A stretch of 64,000 nucleotides of DNA from an uncultured Actinomycetota bacterium (GTDB lineage: Bacteria > Actinomycetota > Acidimicrobiia > Spongiisociales > UBA4744), in contig CAVPPF010000007.1 of assembly GCA_963707435.1 (NCBI GenBank), positions 356,900 through 420,899 of the forward strand, given 5' to 3'. Each line of letters opens with the position of its first letter. Position 1 is the first letter of the stretch. The notes under the pieces are model-generated. The model made no database searches. It saw only the letters and a program-made list of their open reading frames with translations, and was not told the DNA's origin. Below are positions 48,571 through 60,132 of the stretch, one piece after another. Position numbers and translations under genes: made by a program.

Positions 48571-49641
48571 ATGGCGATCAACGTCGGGTTGGACATAGGC
48601 ACGAGCGCTGTTCGTGCGGCTGTTGTACAGACGGGCAAAGGGGTGCCCGTCTTACAGCGTTATGGGCAGGTGGCGCTCCCCGAAGGCGCCGTCGTCGCCG
48701 GCGAGATCGTGGAGGAAGCGATCGTCCGTGACGCCCTCATCCAACTCTGGAAAACCGCCAAGTTGCCGAAGAAGCGAGTCGTTGTCGGCATTGCCAATCA
48801 ACGAGTGATCGTACGGAGAGTCGATCTGCCCTACATGGCCGAGGACGAGCTCGCTCAGGCGCTCCCGTTCCAAGCCCAGGAGTTCATCCCGATACCGATC
48901 GACGAAGCGATTCTCGACTTTGTCCCGCTCGAAGAGTTCGCAACTCCCAACGGTGAGCCGATGCTTTCGGTCCTCGTGGTCGCCGCGCACAAAGACATGG
49001 CGGCCGATGTCCTGCGGGTCGTCGGAGATGCCGGGGTCAAGGTCATGGCCATCGATCTGCAGGCTTTCGCCCTGTCTCGTTCCGTCCTCGGCGCCGATTT
49101 CGATCTCGACTCGGGGGTTCAGGCGATCGTCAATATCGGCGCGGGCCTGACCCAGGTGATCCTCTTGAAGGCCGGGACCATCAGATTCCTCAGGATCCTG
49201 ACCATGGGAGGGGCCACGTTCACCGAGGCCCTGGCGGACCGTATGCCGATGGAACCGGAGCAGGCAGAGCAATACAAGCGCCGGACCGGCGTGGCCATCG
49301 ACGGTGTTCCTACGGGGACAGAAGGCGAGGGTCTTGCCAAAGTCGTGCTGACCGAAGAGGCCGATCTCCTCATCGAAGAGATCCGCGGCTCGGTGGACTA
49401 CTACCTGGGCCAATCGGGCAGCGACACCCTCGAGCGACTGTACGTGGCAGGCAACGGGGCCCGGCTCCCCAATCTTGCCAACCGTCTGGGTCGCGCGCTC
49501 GGCGTTGGTGTGGAACCAGTTCGGGTTCTCGACGATGAGAAGATGCAGGTCGGCAAACTCGGGTTGAGTGATGTCGAGCTGGCCCAGGCTCAGCCGGTCC
49601 TTCCGGTGCCGGTCGGGCTGGCGATGTGGGGCGAACTGTGA
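48571..49641 (+). CDS. pilM: type IV pilus assembly protein (actin-like ATPase fold)
   Basis: VGLDIGTSAVRAAVV..., ..VAGNGARLPNLANRL.. are the PilM/FtsA-like fold. Confidence 0.85.
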   Translation: MAINVGLDIGTSAVRAAVVQTGKGVPVLQRYGQVALPEGAVVAGEIVEEAIVRDALIQLWKTAKLPKKRVVVGIANQRVIVRRVDLPYMAEDELAQALPFQAQEFIPIPIDEAILDFVPLEEFATPNGEPMLSVLVVAAHKDMAADVLRVVGDAGVKVMAIDLQAFALSRSVLGADFDLDSGVQAIVNIGAGLTQVILLKAGTIRFLRILTMGGATFTEALADRMPMEPEQAEQYKRRTGVAIDGVPTGTEGEGLAKVVLTEEADLLIEEIRGSVDYYLGQSGSDTLERLYVAGNGARLPNLANRLGRALGVGVEPVRVLDDEKMQVGKLGLSDVELAQAQPVLPVPVGLAMWGEL

Positions 49642-50261
49642 TGCGTACGATCAACCTTCTCCCCCCGGAAGCAGCTCAGCGGGCCACCGCCCGGCGCAAA
49701 ACGTTCGGGTTCTTGGCGCTGGGGCTTGCCTACATTGCGCTGCTGGTGCTGGTTGCCATGTGGTGGCAGGGCAAAGCCAACGATGCGGAAGATGATCTTG
49801 CCGCCCAGCTCACCGCCAACGCCCGGATCGAGGCGGACATCGCCTCCCTGGCGGGGGTCCGGACCCTTCGCTCCACCTACGACGACGGTGTGACGAGGCT
49901 CGGCACCGCGCTGGCCAGGGACATCGCCTGGGGACGGCTGCTGAACGACCTGGCTCGCATCATCCCTGATCGCCTCTGGCTCACGAGCCTGACCGGGAAT
50001 CTTCAAAGCGACGACGAGAACCCGCTCCTGCTCGGCCAGGTTGCCGTTTCCGGAGTTGCTTTCGATTACCCGGATGCTTCATCGTGGCTGCGCGTGCTCG
50101 ATGCCGAGGAGTGGCCGGCGCTGGGCGGCGGGTGGGTCTCATCGACCAGCCGTTCGACCATCGGGGAGTCCCCGGTGGTCAACTTCACGTCGGTTGCCTC
50201 GCTCCTGGACGCTGCTCGTTCAAACCGGGTCGAAGAGCGAACCCCGGAGGTTCCGTCATGA
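49641..50261 (+). CDS. pilN: type IV pilus assembly protein
   Basis: MRTINLLPPE (the PilN INLLP motif) then a single TM and coiled coil. TGATG overlap with pilM. Confidence 0.8.
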   Translation: MRTINLLPPEAAQRATARRKTFGFLALGLAYIALLVLVAMWWQGKANDAEDDLAAQLTANARIEADIASLAGVRTLRSTYDDGVTRLGTALARDIAWGRLLNDLARIIPDRLWLTSLTGNLQSDDENPLLLGQVAVSGVAFDYPDASSWLRVLDAEEWPALGGGWVSSTSRSTIGESPVVNFTSVASLLDAARSNRVEERTPEVPS

Positions 50262-50869
50262 AGCGCACCGGTTTGATCATGGGCCTGCTGGGCCTGGGGC
50301 TGGTCACGGCCCTCTGGTACTTTTTTGTGATCTCCCCGACGAACACGAAGATCGCCGATGCGCAAGATCAGCTTGCAGCCGCGGAGGACAACCAGGTGCT
50401 GCTGCAAACCCAGCTCATGCGCCTCAAGAAGATTCAGGAGAACGAGCTTACCTACCGGTCGGCGATCGGTGCGCTCGAGGCCGCGATCCCGCCCACGCCG
50501 CAGATGCCTGCATTGATCGACGACCTGGCTCAACTGGCGGTCGACTCGGGCGTTGAATGGGAGAGCGGCACGTACGGGAACCCGGTTGAGGTGGAAGGGG
50601 AGGATTACTACGAGATTCCGGTCAACCTCTCCGTGCAGGGCCAGTTCTTCGAAGTGCTCGGGTACTTGTACGGGATCGCCGATATGGAACGGATCGTCCG
50701 CATCGACGCAGTGAGTCTCTCTCCCACGGAAGACGATGCCGGTTTCACGATCGAGAACGTTTCGATTTCCGCAGTCACCTTCACGACCGGCGATGTCGTG
50801 CTGCCGGTGCCCGAAGAACCCGCCGAGACCACGACCACGACCACGACGACCCCCGGGGACGGTGAGTGA
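50258..50869 (+). CDS. pilO: type IV pilus assembly protein
   Basis: MKRTGLIMGLLGLGLVTALWYFFV, coiled coil (..AQDQLAAAEDNQVLLQTQLMRLKK..), ferredoxin-like C-domain and a poly-Thr tail ETTTTTTTTPGDGE. ATGA overlap with pilN. Confidence 0.7.
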   Translation: MKRTGLIMGLLGLGLVTALWYFFVISPTNTKIADAQDQLAAAEDNQVLLQTQLMRLKKIQENELTYRSAIGALEAAIPPTPQMPALIDDLAQLAVDSGVEWESGTYGNPVEVEGEDYYEIPVNLSVQGQFFEVLGYLYGIADMERIVRIDAVSLSPTEDDAGFTIENVSISAVTFTTGDVVLPVPEEPAETTTTTTTTPGDGE

Positions 50870-51375
50870 TGCGAGCGAAGAACAGCGGCACCGCCGCGGC
50901 GGTAGCCATTCTCCTGATCGGCCTGGCGGTAGCCGGCGCCTGGATGGTTGTTGCTCCTTCCGTGTTCGGTTCGAACGACACGGTGTTGGACGGTCCGCTC
51001 GCCGAGTCGACCTTGGCGGCACCGGCCGGATCCGAGCTGATCGAGGGTGTGAAAGTGCTGAGCTCTTTCCAGGTATCACAGCCTCGTGACCCGTTTCGGC
51101 CGCTGATCACCGAAGACTCGACGACGGGAACCACCGGCGACGGAACCGGCACCGGTTTTGATCCGTCCGGGATCCGGGTGACCCTCGTCGAGATCAGGGA
51201 CGTTGCCGGTGTCCTGCGAGCCACCGTCAAGGTCGACGGCACCGACTACGACGTCGGCGTGGGTGATACCTTCGCGAGCAACTTCAAAGTGGTCAGTCTC
51301 GATCCCGACAGTGGCGTCTTCCTCTACGGCGACAACGCGTTCGAGCTGTCCGAAGGCCAGGAGATTCTGAAGTAG
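50866..51375 (+). CDS. PilP-like pilus assembly protein (N-terminal TM anchor, RDPF motif)
   Basis: AAVAILLIGLAVAGAWMVV anchor, then ..SQPRDPFRPLIT.. (the RDPF motif I associate with PilP) and a beta-rich C-domain. GTGA overlap with pilO. Confidence 0.5.
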   Translation: MMRAKNSGTAAAVAILLIGLAVAGAWMVVAPSVFGSNDTVLDGPLAESTLAAPAGSELIEGVKVLSSFQVSQPRDPFRPLITEDSTTGTTGDGTGTGFDPSGIRVTLVEIRDVAGVLRATVKVDGTDYDVGVGDTFASNFKVVSLDPDSGVFLYGDNAFELSEGQEILK

Positions 51376-51415
51376 CGACTTGCTAGTTCAGACCTGATAC
51401 CCGAAACTCTCTCGC

Positions 51416-52567
51416 ATGTTGCGTTTCCTCACAGCCGGCGAGTCGCACGGCCCCGGCCTGGTCACCATCGTCGAAGGCCTCCCGGCCGGACTCGATATCA
51501 CCGTTGAAGGGCTGGCCGATCAGCTGCGGAGGCGCCGTTTGGGGTTCGGTCGCGGCCGCCGCATGAAGATCGAGCAAGATGAGTTGGAGATTCTCGGCGG
51601 CGTTCGCCACGGGCGCACCCTGGGGAGCCCCCTGGCGGTTGTGATTCGCAACAGCGAGTGGGCGAAGTGGACCGAGGAGATGTCGCCGGGGGCGGGCCAC
51701 CCGAAGCGCCGGATGACGACACCTCGCCCGGGCCACGCGGATCTGGCCGGGATGCTCAAGTACGACACGTACGACGCTCGTGACATCCTGGAGCGGGCAT
51801 CTGCCCGGGAAACGGCCGCCAGAACCGTTGCCGGGTACGCGGCCCGGCAACTGCTCGCTCAGGTTGACATTTCGGTGCTGAGCCATGTCGTTGCCATCGG
51901 ACCTCTGACCGTGGCCGCCGGGACCACTCCCGGTCCCGACGACCTCGACATCATCGATGCGTCGCCGGTGCGAGTCTTCGATCGGGACATCGAAGACGCC
52001 ATGACATCGGCCATCGAGCAGGCCAAAGCCGACCGGGACACACTCGGCGGGGTGGTCGAAGTCCTGGCCTTTGGAGTACCGCCCGGCCTCGGCAGCCACG
52101 TCCACTGGGACCGGCGTCTCGATACCCGGCTCGCCGGTGCGCTCATGTCGATCCAGGGCATCAAGGCCGTCGAGATGGGTGACGGTTTTGCCTCGGCCTC
52201 CCGGCCGGGTTCGGAAGCCCACGATGAGATCGGTTTTGTCGACGGTCGATTCGTTCGGTCTTCGGATCGGGCGGGTGGCCTGGAGGGTGGAATCTCCACC
52301 GGACAGACGCTGCGGATGCGGGCCGCCATGAAGCCCATCTCAACGCTCATGCGGCCGCTGCAGAGCGTCAACGTCGAGAACAAGGAACCTGCCGCTGCCT
52401 TTCGGGAGCGTTCAGATGTATGTGCGGTCCCGGCCGCCGGTGTGGTGGCCGAGCAGATGGCGGCCTACATCCTGGCGGATGAGGTGGTGCGCACGTTCGG
52501 TGGGAACACGGTCGAGGATCTGGTCGCAGCCACCGACGCCTATCGAAGACGCCTGCTGGAATTCTGA
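51416..52567 (+). CDS. aroC: chorismate synthase
   Basis: MLRFLTAGESHGPGLVTIVEGLPAGL...GRSSARETAARV. Confidence 0.92.
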   Translation: MLRFLTAGESHGPGLVTIVEGLPAGLDITVEGLADQLRRRRLGFGRGRRMKIEQDELEILGGVRHGRTLGSPLAVVIRNSEWAKWTEEMSPGAGHPKRRMTTPRPGHADLAGMLKYDTYDARDILERASARETAARTVAGYAARQLLAQVDISVLSHVVAIGPLTVAAGTTPGPDDLDIIDASPVRVFDRDIEDAMTSAIEQAKADRDTLGGVVEVLAFGVPPGLGSHVHWDRRLDTRLAGALMSIQGIKAVEMGDGFASASRPGSEAHDEIGFVDGRFVRSSDRAGGLEGGISTGQTLRMRAAMKPISTLMRPLQSVNVENKEPAAAFRERSDVCAVPAAGVVAEQMAAYILADEVVRTFGGNTVEDLVAATDAYRRRLLEF

Positions 52568-53082
52568 TGAGGGTCCTCTGGCTCATCGGAATGATGGGGG
52601 CCGGCAAAACGACGGTGGGCGAGCTCATCGCCCGCCGCCTGGGCCTCGACCTCATCGACACCGACTCGCTCGTCGAGTCGGTGAGCGGGCTGTCGATCTC
52701 CGCGATATGGGAGCGCGGCGGTGAGAGCATCTTCCGGGATCTGGAGTCCCGGGAGATAGAGCGGATCGCGGCGGATGGCAAGGATTGTATCGTGGCCACG
52801 GGGGGCGGGGCAGTGCTCCGTCCCGGCAACGTCGAGACCATGCGTCGTGCCGGAACCGTCGTGTGGCTGCGCGCAGACCCGGGCATGCTCGCCTCGCGGG
52901 TGCTGCATGGTTCCGATGCCAGGCCGCTCCTCCGGGACGGGCCGGGCGAGGATCGGCTGGCCGCATTGCTATCCGACCGGGAAGATAACTATGCAGGTGC
53001 CGCCCACCACCAGATCGACACGAACTCCAAGACCGCGACCGAGGTCGCACGAGAGGTGATGGAGTTGTGGAACGGATCCTGA
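52567..53082 (+). CDS. aroK: shikimate kinase
   Basis: LIGMMGAGKTTVG (P-loop), DTDS. ATGA overlap with aroC. Confidence 0.88.
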   Translation: MRVLWLIGMMGAGKTTVGELIARRLGLDLIDTDSLVESVSGLSISAIWERGGESIFRDLESREIERIAADGKDCIVATGGGAVLRPGNVETMRRAGTVVWLRADPGMLASRVLHGSDARPLLRDGPGEDRLAALLSDREDNYAGAAHHQIDTNSKTATEVAREVMELWNGS

Positions 53083-54092
53083 TCGACGAGCAGTCCGAGG
53101 TTGTCATCGAGCGAGGCCTGACGACGGGCAACATCTTGCCGGCTCGATCCGATCGCGACGTTGTGGCCCTGTTCACCCAGCCGGGTGCGACCCGCATCGC
53201 CGATACGGTTGCAGCCCATCTGAATGCCCCGGTGGTGCGCCAGATGGTGCTGCCGGACCGGGAGGACGCCAAGACCCTGGCCGTCACCGCAGCAGCCTAC
53301 GAGTGGCTGGCTGAGATCGGCATGAGCCGGCACGGGACCATCGTCGGGGTGGGGGGCGGTTCCGTGACCGACCTCGCCGGGTTCGTCGCAGCGACGTATT
53401 TGCGCGGGGTCGAAGTCGTCCATGTTCCCACGACGCTGCTGGGCGCCGTCGACGCGGCCATCGGCGGCAAGACCGGGGTCAATCTGGGTGGAAAGAACCT
53501 GGTCGGAGCATTTCATCACCCGACCCGGGTCGTCATCGACCTCGACGTGCTCGATCGATTGCCGGTCGGATTGAAGCGAGAGGGCATGGCCGAAGCCCTG
53601 AAGGCCGGGCTGATCGGGGATCGCTCGCTCTTCGAACATCTCGAATCCGCCGGCCTGGAGGCTGACCTGGCCCTGGTCGTGCCGAAGGCGGTGAGGGTCA
53701 AAGCAGCTGTTGTCGGACAAGACTTCCGGGAAGGCGGCATCAGGGAGACGCTCAACTACGGCCACACGATCGGCCACGCCGTCGAGATTGTTGCGGCCAT
53801 CCCGCACGGAGACGCGGTCGCCATCGGGATGGTGGCCGCCGGCCGGATAGCCGAGGAAGCGGTCGGTTTCGCATCTGCCGATCGTCAGCGACGAGCGATC
53901 ACCAACCTCGGCTTGCCGGTCCGGGCCGATGGTTTGGTCCGCCAGACGGTGCTCGATGTCCTGGCCAGGGATAAGAAGCGAGATGCGACCGGCACCCGCA
54001 TGGTGCTCCTCCGATCGATCGGCGACCCCACCGTCTCCGCCGTGAGCGTCGAGATGATCGATCTGGGGTTGGCCAGCATCGGTATCGGGTAG
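53067..54092 (+). CDS. aroB: 3-dehydroquinate synthase
   Basis: GGGSVTDLAGFVAATYLRGVEVVHVPTTLLGAVDAAIGGKTGVNL. GTG start overlapping aroK. Confidence 0.9.
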   Translation: MERILIDEQSEVVIERGLTTGNILPARSDRDVVALFTQPGATRIADTVAAHLNAPVVRQMVLPDREDAKTLAVTAAAYEWLAEIGMSRHGTIVGVGGGSVTDLAGFVAATYLRGVEVVHVPTTLLGAVDAAIGGKTGVNLGGKNLVGAFHHPTRVVIDLDVLDRLPVGLKREGMAEALKAGLIGDRSLFEHLESAGLEADLALVVPKAVRVKAAVVGQDFREGGIRETLNYGHTIGHAVEIVAAIPHGDAVAIGMVAAGRIAEEAVGFASADRQRRAITNLGLPVRADGLVRQTVLDVLARDKKRDATGTRMVLLRSIGDPTVSAVSVEMIDLGLASIGIG

Positions 54093-54138
54093 GCGGCCGC
54101 CGGGCGATACACTCACGCCTGTCGAAAGGAGCCACCAC

Positions 54139-54696
54139 ATGATCTCAACGAATGAAGCACGCCCCGGGATGGCTCTAAGCCTTCCAGATGGACTCTTCAG
54201 CATCGTCGAGTACCAGCACGTCAAGCCGGGCAAAGGCAAGGCGTTCGTGCGGATGAAACTCAAGAACCTCGACTCGGGAGCTGTGATCGACCGGACCTTC
54301 CGGGCGGGCGAGTCGGTCGAGCAAGCCGTCATTGACCGCCGCGACCACCAGTTCCTCTACCGCGATGATCTCGGATTCCACTTCATGGACCTGGAGACGT
54401 ACGGCCAGTTCGCCATCCCGGTTGAAGATGTCGGCGATAGTGCCTCCTATCTGGTCGATGGGATGACAGCACTCCTGCACATGTACAACGGGAAAGCGAT
54501 CTCCGTGGAACTGCCCGCCTCGGTTGAACTCGAGGTTGTCAAGGCGGAACCCGGAGTGAAGGGAGACCGGGTGTCCGGGGCCACCAAACCCGTCACGGTT
54601 CAAACCGGTCTGGTTGTGCAAGCCCCGCTCTTCGTCGATGTAGGCGATGTGATCAAGGTCGATACCCGCAGCGGCGAATACCTCACTCGCGTGTGA
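54139..54696 (+). CDS. efp: elongation factor P
   Basis: HVKPGKGKAFVRMKLKNL..., three OB/KOW-like domains. Confidence 0.92.
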   Translation: MISTNEARPGMALSLPDGLFSIVEYQHVKPGKGKAFVRMKLKNLDSGAVIDRTFRAGESVEQAVIDRRDHQFLYRDDLGFHFMDLETYGQFAIPVEDVGDSASYLVDGMTALLHMYNGKAISVELPASVELEVVKAEPGVKGDRVSGATKPVTVQTGLVVQAPLFVDVGDVIKVDTRSGEYLTRV

Positions 54697-55118
54697 CTAC
54701 TCCGCCGGAAAACCCCCCCGAGCCCCGCGATCTGGCTCTCATCGCTCTCTACGAGGCCGATCAGCGCCGGCTTCCCCACGCCGAACTCGACGCCGACTAC
54801 CCGGCCAAGGCGGCCCGGCTGGTACGTGGCGTCGAAGATCACCTCGCCGAACTCGGGTTGGCCATCGATGGAGTTTCGACCCGGTGGCGGGTTGCCAGGA
54901 TGCCGCCCGTCGATCGAGCCATCCTCCGTCTGGGTCTCTACGAGCTTCGTTTCGAGAAAAGGACTCCCATCGGCGTGATCCTGGCCGAAGCCGTTCGACT
55001 CGCCCGGACGTACTCAACCGAGCGCAGCAGTGCATTCGTCAATGGCATTCTGTCCCAGCTGGCCACACGGGAACGACCCGACGAGGTACAAACCGGCCCA
55101 AAACCGGTGTCTCCGTGA
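54693..55118 (+). CDS. nusB: transcription antitermination factor NusB
   Basis: RDLALIALYEAD..., ..DRAILRLGLYEL.., ..AFVNGIL. GTGA overlap with efp. Confidence 0.88.
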   Translation: MTTPPENPPEPRDLALIALYEADQRRLPHAELDADYPAKAARLVRGVEDHLAELGLAIDGVSTRWRVARMPPVDRAILRLGLYELRFEKRTPIGVILAEAVRLARTYSTERSSAFVNGILSQLATRERPDEVQTGPKPVSP

Positions 55119-55151
55119 GGGTGTGCTACGCTCCCGCCCAACGTCCTTTAA

Positions 55152-56687
<1,536 letters not shown>

Positions 56688-56695
<8 letters not shown>

Positions 56696-57959
56696 GACGC
56701 TTTTCAGCAATGCAAGGGTTGTCAATGCCGACGGGATCGTCGAAGCGGACGTCCTCGTCCGGGAAGGGGTGGTTGCAGAAATCGGGACCGATCTCGAGAC
56801 ATCCGGGGAGACGATCGACTGCAACGGAGGCTTGCTAGGACCCGGTTTCGTCGATATCCACGTGCACTTCCGCGAACCCGGTCAGGAGTGGAAAGAAGAC
56901 ATCGGGAGTGGCTCTGCGGCCGCGGCGGCCGGTGGCTTCACTGCCGTCGTGGCGATGCCCAACACCGACCCGGTGATCGACGCCGGCCATCTCGCCCGAT
57001 TCGTGCTCGACCGCGGACGCCGGGAAGGATTGGTTGAGGTGGTCCCGGCCGGAGCGATCACGATGGGCAGAGAGGGCAAGAAGCTCGCTCACCTCGACGA
57101 GTTGTGGGCGGCCGGGGTGCGCATCTTCTCTGATGACGGGGATTCGGTGGAAGATGCCGGACTGTTGCGCCGGGCCATGGAGTACCTCGCCGAGCTTGAC
57201 GGCGTCGTAGCCCAACACCCGGAGGATCGGGGTCTCTCCCGCGGGGGGCACATGCACGAGGGAGACGTCTCGTCTCGCCTCGGCATGGCCGGGTTGCCGG
57301 CGATCGGCGAAGAAGCCGTCGTGGCCCGTGATCTTGCCCTGGTTCGCCTGACGGGAGTGCGGTACCACGTCCAGCACGTGTCGACGTCCGGAACGGTCGA
57401 GCTGGTCCGCCGGGCCAAGGAAGAAGGACTCAGAGTCACCGCCGAGGTGACCCCGCACCATCTCATGCTGGACCACCGCGAGGTAGAGAGGATGAACCCC
57501 GACGTCAAGATGTACCCGCCGTTGCGCCGTCCGGAAGATGGTGAAGCCGTGCGGGCCGGATTGGCCGACGGGACGATCGACGTCGTTGCCACGGACCATG
57601 CGCCGCACGCTGCCCACGAGAAAGATGTTCCCTTTGAGGACGCCCCGCGAGGCATCATCGGCCTCGAGACGGCGGCGGCAGTCGTGGCCACCGTCATGGA
57701 ATTGACCCCGGTTGAGTTCTTCCGACGGCTGTCGATTGCTCCCGCCCGGATTGCCGGGCTCGACGGTCAGGGTCGATGGCTCGAACCGGGGAACCGCGCC
57801 AACCTGGTGGTCTTCGACCCGACGGCGGAATGGACCCCCGAGGTCTTTGCCTCCCGGGCCGAGAACTCGCCCTTCATCGGCAGGGCCTTGCGGGGGAGGG
57901 TGCACGTCACGATGTTCGAGGGAAGGGTCACCTACCGCAACGGCAAGGTCCAGCGATGA
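56688..57959 (+). CDS. pyrC: dihydroorotase
   Basis: ..FVDIHVHFREPG.., ..AMPNTDP.., ..ATDHAPH. Start MLETLF overlaps the pyrB end by 8 nt. The 37-codon upstream extension is rejected. Confidence 0.9.
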
Positions 57960-58116
57960 CAGCGGGCCTGGCCGTCACTGCCGACGGCGAGGCCCCCACC
58001 GGCAGCGTCGCCGGCGCGGAACGCGTGCGGTGTTCAACCGCAGCGTGGCGAGGGCGGAGCCTCCAGGCCGGGCCCGGGGTGGCCCACCGGGTCATAGGCA
58101 TGCAAGGCCGGCACGC

Positions 58117-59028
58117 ATGACGGAGATGGCCGTGTCGCTGGGTCCGTTGACCATGCGTTCACCGCTGGTGGCGGCTTCCGGGACCGTCGGTTCGGTCGTC
58201 GACTTCGCTGCCGTGGGAGCTCTCGAAGCCTACGGGGCTGCCGTGGCGAAGTCTGTGAGCGGCACACCCTGGCCCGGAAATCCCGCCCCCCGGCTGGCGA
58301 GCACCGGCCCCGGGATGCTCAATGCCATCGGAATCCAGAACCCGGGTGTTGCGGCCTGGGTGGAAGAAACCGGCCCTCGCCTGCCCGACCTTCCGGTTCC
58401 CGTATGGGGGTCGGCCGTCGGCAAAACGGTCGAGGAGTTCGTCGAGGTCGCGACCCGGTTGGCGGCTACGGACGTTCAAGCTATCGAGATCAACCTGTCA
58501 TGTCCGAACATCGCCGGAGAGGCGATCTGGGCCCTGGACGCCGAGGCGACGGAAAGGGTCGTGCGGGCGGTACGAAGCGCCGTCGGAAAGCCGATCGGTG
58601 CCAAACTGTCTCCCAACGCGCAGGACATCGTCGCGGTGGCCCGGGCGGCGCTCGCCGGAGGCGCAGACTGGCTGGTCCTGACGAACACCGTCTCAGGAGC
58701 CGCGATCGATGTCGAAACACGACGTCCGCTGCTGACCCGAGGGTCCGGAGGGTATTCCGGTCCACCCCTCAAGCCGATCGCCCTTCGATGCGTGCTCGAC
58801 GTTCGGGCAGCCTTCCCCGAAGCACCGATCATAGGATGCGGCGGCGTGCGCAGCGGGGCCGACGTTGTCGAGTATCTCCTGGCGGGAGCAAATGCAGTGG
58901 CCATCGGTACCGCCCACTTCGAACGCCCCCGGATAGGTCGGAAGGTCCTAAGCGAGTTGCTTTCCTACTGCCGAAGACATCACATCGATCGCGTCTCTGA
59001 CTTGACCGGGGCAGTGCGATCATGGTGA
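58117..59028 (+). CDS. pyrD: dihydroorotate dehydrogenase, class 1 (soluble, catalytic subunit)
   Basis: ..SPLVAASGTVG.., ..GMLNAIGIQNPG.., ..IEINLSCPN.., ..IGCGGVRSGADVVEYLLAGANAVAIGTA resemble family-1 DHODH. The first 135 codons of ORF 57712..59028 overlap pyrC and are junk; start chosen at MTEMAVSL. Confidence 0.8.
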   Translation: MTEMAVSLGPLTMRSPLVAASGTVGSVVDFAAVGALEAYGAAVAKSVSGTPWPGNPAPRLASTGPGMLNAIGIQNPGVAAWVEETGPRLPDLPVPVWGSAVGKTVEEFVEVATRLAATDVQAIEINLSCPNIAGEAIWALDAEATERVVRAVRSAVGKPIGAKLSPNAQDIVAVARAALAGGADWLVLTNTVSGAAIDVETRRPLLTRGSGGYSGPPLKPIALRCVLDVRAAFPEAPIIGCGGVRSGADVVEYLLAGANAVAIGTAHFERPRIGRKVLSELLSYCRRHHIDRVSDLTGAVRSW

Positions 59029-59771
59029 ACGAGAAGGAAGGTCGGGCCATCATGAACGGCCGGGAGTCACCCCCCAATCCGATTCTGGTCGCACTCGATG
59101 TCGGCAGTGCCGAGGAAGCGGTACGGCTCGCCAAGCTCCTGCTGCCCGCCGTGGGAGGCTTCAAGATCGGTCTCGAATTGCTGATGGGTCCGGGTCCGGC
59201 CGTGATCCCAGCAATCGCAACGCTCGGCAAGCCCGTTTTCGCCGACGCCAAACTCCACGACATCCCGACGACGGTCGGTCGTGCCGCCCGGCAGCTGGGT
59301 CGACTGGGGGCGCGGTGGGTTACCGCCCATGCCGGGGGAGGCGGCCGGATGCTCCAGGCCGCCGTCGAAGGCCTCGCCGAGGGCTCGGGCGGACGACCTG
59401 CGGGCGTCCTGGCCATCACGGTCCTGACCAGTATGGGCGCCGATGACCTGGCCGCCGTTGGAGTGACCGGTTCGCCCGGGCGGCAGACCGCACGTCTGGT
59501 GAAGCTGGCGGCCGCGTCGGGGTGCGAGGGTGTTATCTGTTCGCCAAACGAACTCGGCGTCGTCGCCCAGGTGGCACCCGGTCTCCTCAAGGTGACTCCG
59601 GGGATCAGACCGGCGGGTACCGAGAGCCAGGATCAGCGCCGAACGGCAAGCCCGAAGGAGGCGATCGAACGAGGTGCCGACTTCCTGGTGATCGGCCGGC
59701 CGATCGTGCGGGCTTCCGACCCGCTCGCTGCACTCGGCACAATCCTCGACCAACTGGCCGTTGCCGGCTGA
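59022..59771 (+). CDS. pyrF: orotidine 5'-phosphate decarboxylase
   Basis: ..ILVALDVGS.., ..FADAKLHDIPTTV.. (DxKxxD-like), ..LVIGRPI. The ATG at 59022 overlaps the pyrD stop. The alternative ATG at 59052 has a better SD (AAGGAAGG). Confidence 0.8.
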   Translation: MVNEKEGRAIMNGRESPPNPILVALDVGSAEEAVRLAKLLLPAVGGFKIGLELLMGPGPAVIPAIATLGKPVFADAKLHDIPTTVGRAARQLGRLGARWVTAHAGGGGRMLQAAVEGLAEGSGGRPAGVLAITVLTSMGADDLAAVGVTGSPGRQTARLVKLAAASGCEGVICSPNELGVVAQVAPGLLKVTPGIRPAGTESQDQRRTASPKEAIERGADFLVIGRPIVRASDPLAALGTILDQLAVAG

Positions 59772-59820
59772 ACCCGCGCGCAGGGTTGGTAGAGTGCGCT
59801 ACACCTGATATTGGAGGCGT

Positions 59821-60132
59821 ATGGCACCGCCGGAACTATCCAACGAGCAACGCGCCGCCGCACTGGCGAAGGCGGCAGAGGCGAGAAGAGTTCGCGCTGA
59901 GCTCAAACACCTCTTGAAGACCGGTTCGATCACGTTTCCTGAACTGCTCGAACGCGCCGATGGCGATCCCATCGTGGCCGGGATGAAGGTTTACGCCGTT
60001 CTGTCCTCGCTGCCCGGAACCGGCAAAATCAAGGCGAAGAGGATGATGGAGGGCCATGCCATCGCAGACAGCAGGCGAATTCGGGGACTCGGGCAGCGGC
60101 AGCGCGCAGCACTCCTCCAAGAATTCTCCTGA
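59821..60132 (+). CDS. mihF: actinobacterial integration host factor
   Basis: MAPPELSNEQRAAALAKAAEARRVRAELK...VYAVLSSLPGTGKIKAKRMMEG matches the mIHF family as I recall it, in the mycobacterial position upstream of gmk. Confidence 0.82.
   Translation: MAPPELSNEQRAAALAKAAEARRVRAELKHLLKTGSITFPELLERADGDPIVAGMKVYAVLSSLPGTGKIKAKRMMEGHAIADSRRIRGLGQRQRAALLQEFS

Noticed and set aside
57960-58116. 157 nt gap between pyrC and pyrD searched for a small gene (mycobacteria have a hypothetical gene here)
   Set aside because: No ORF with a plausible start/RBS. The in-frame upstream extension of pyrD has no convincing start, and the overlapping ORF 57776-58120 is Gly/Arg-rich junk.
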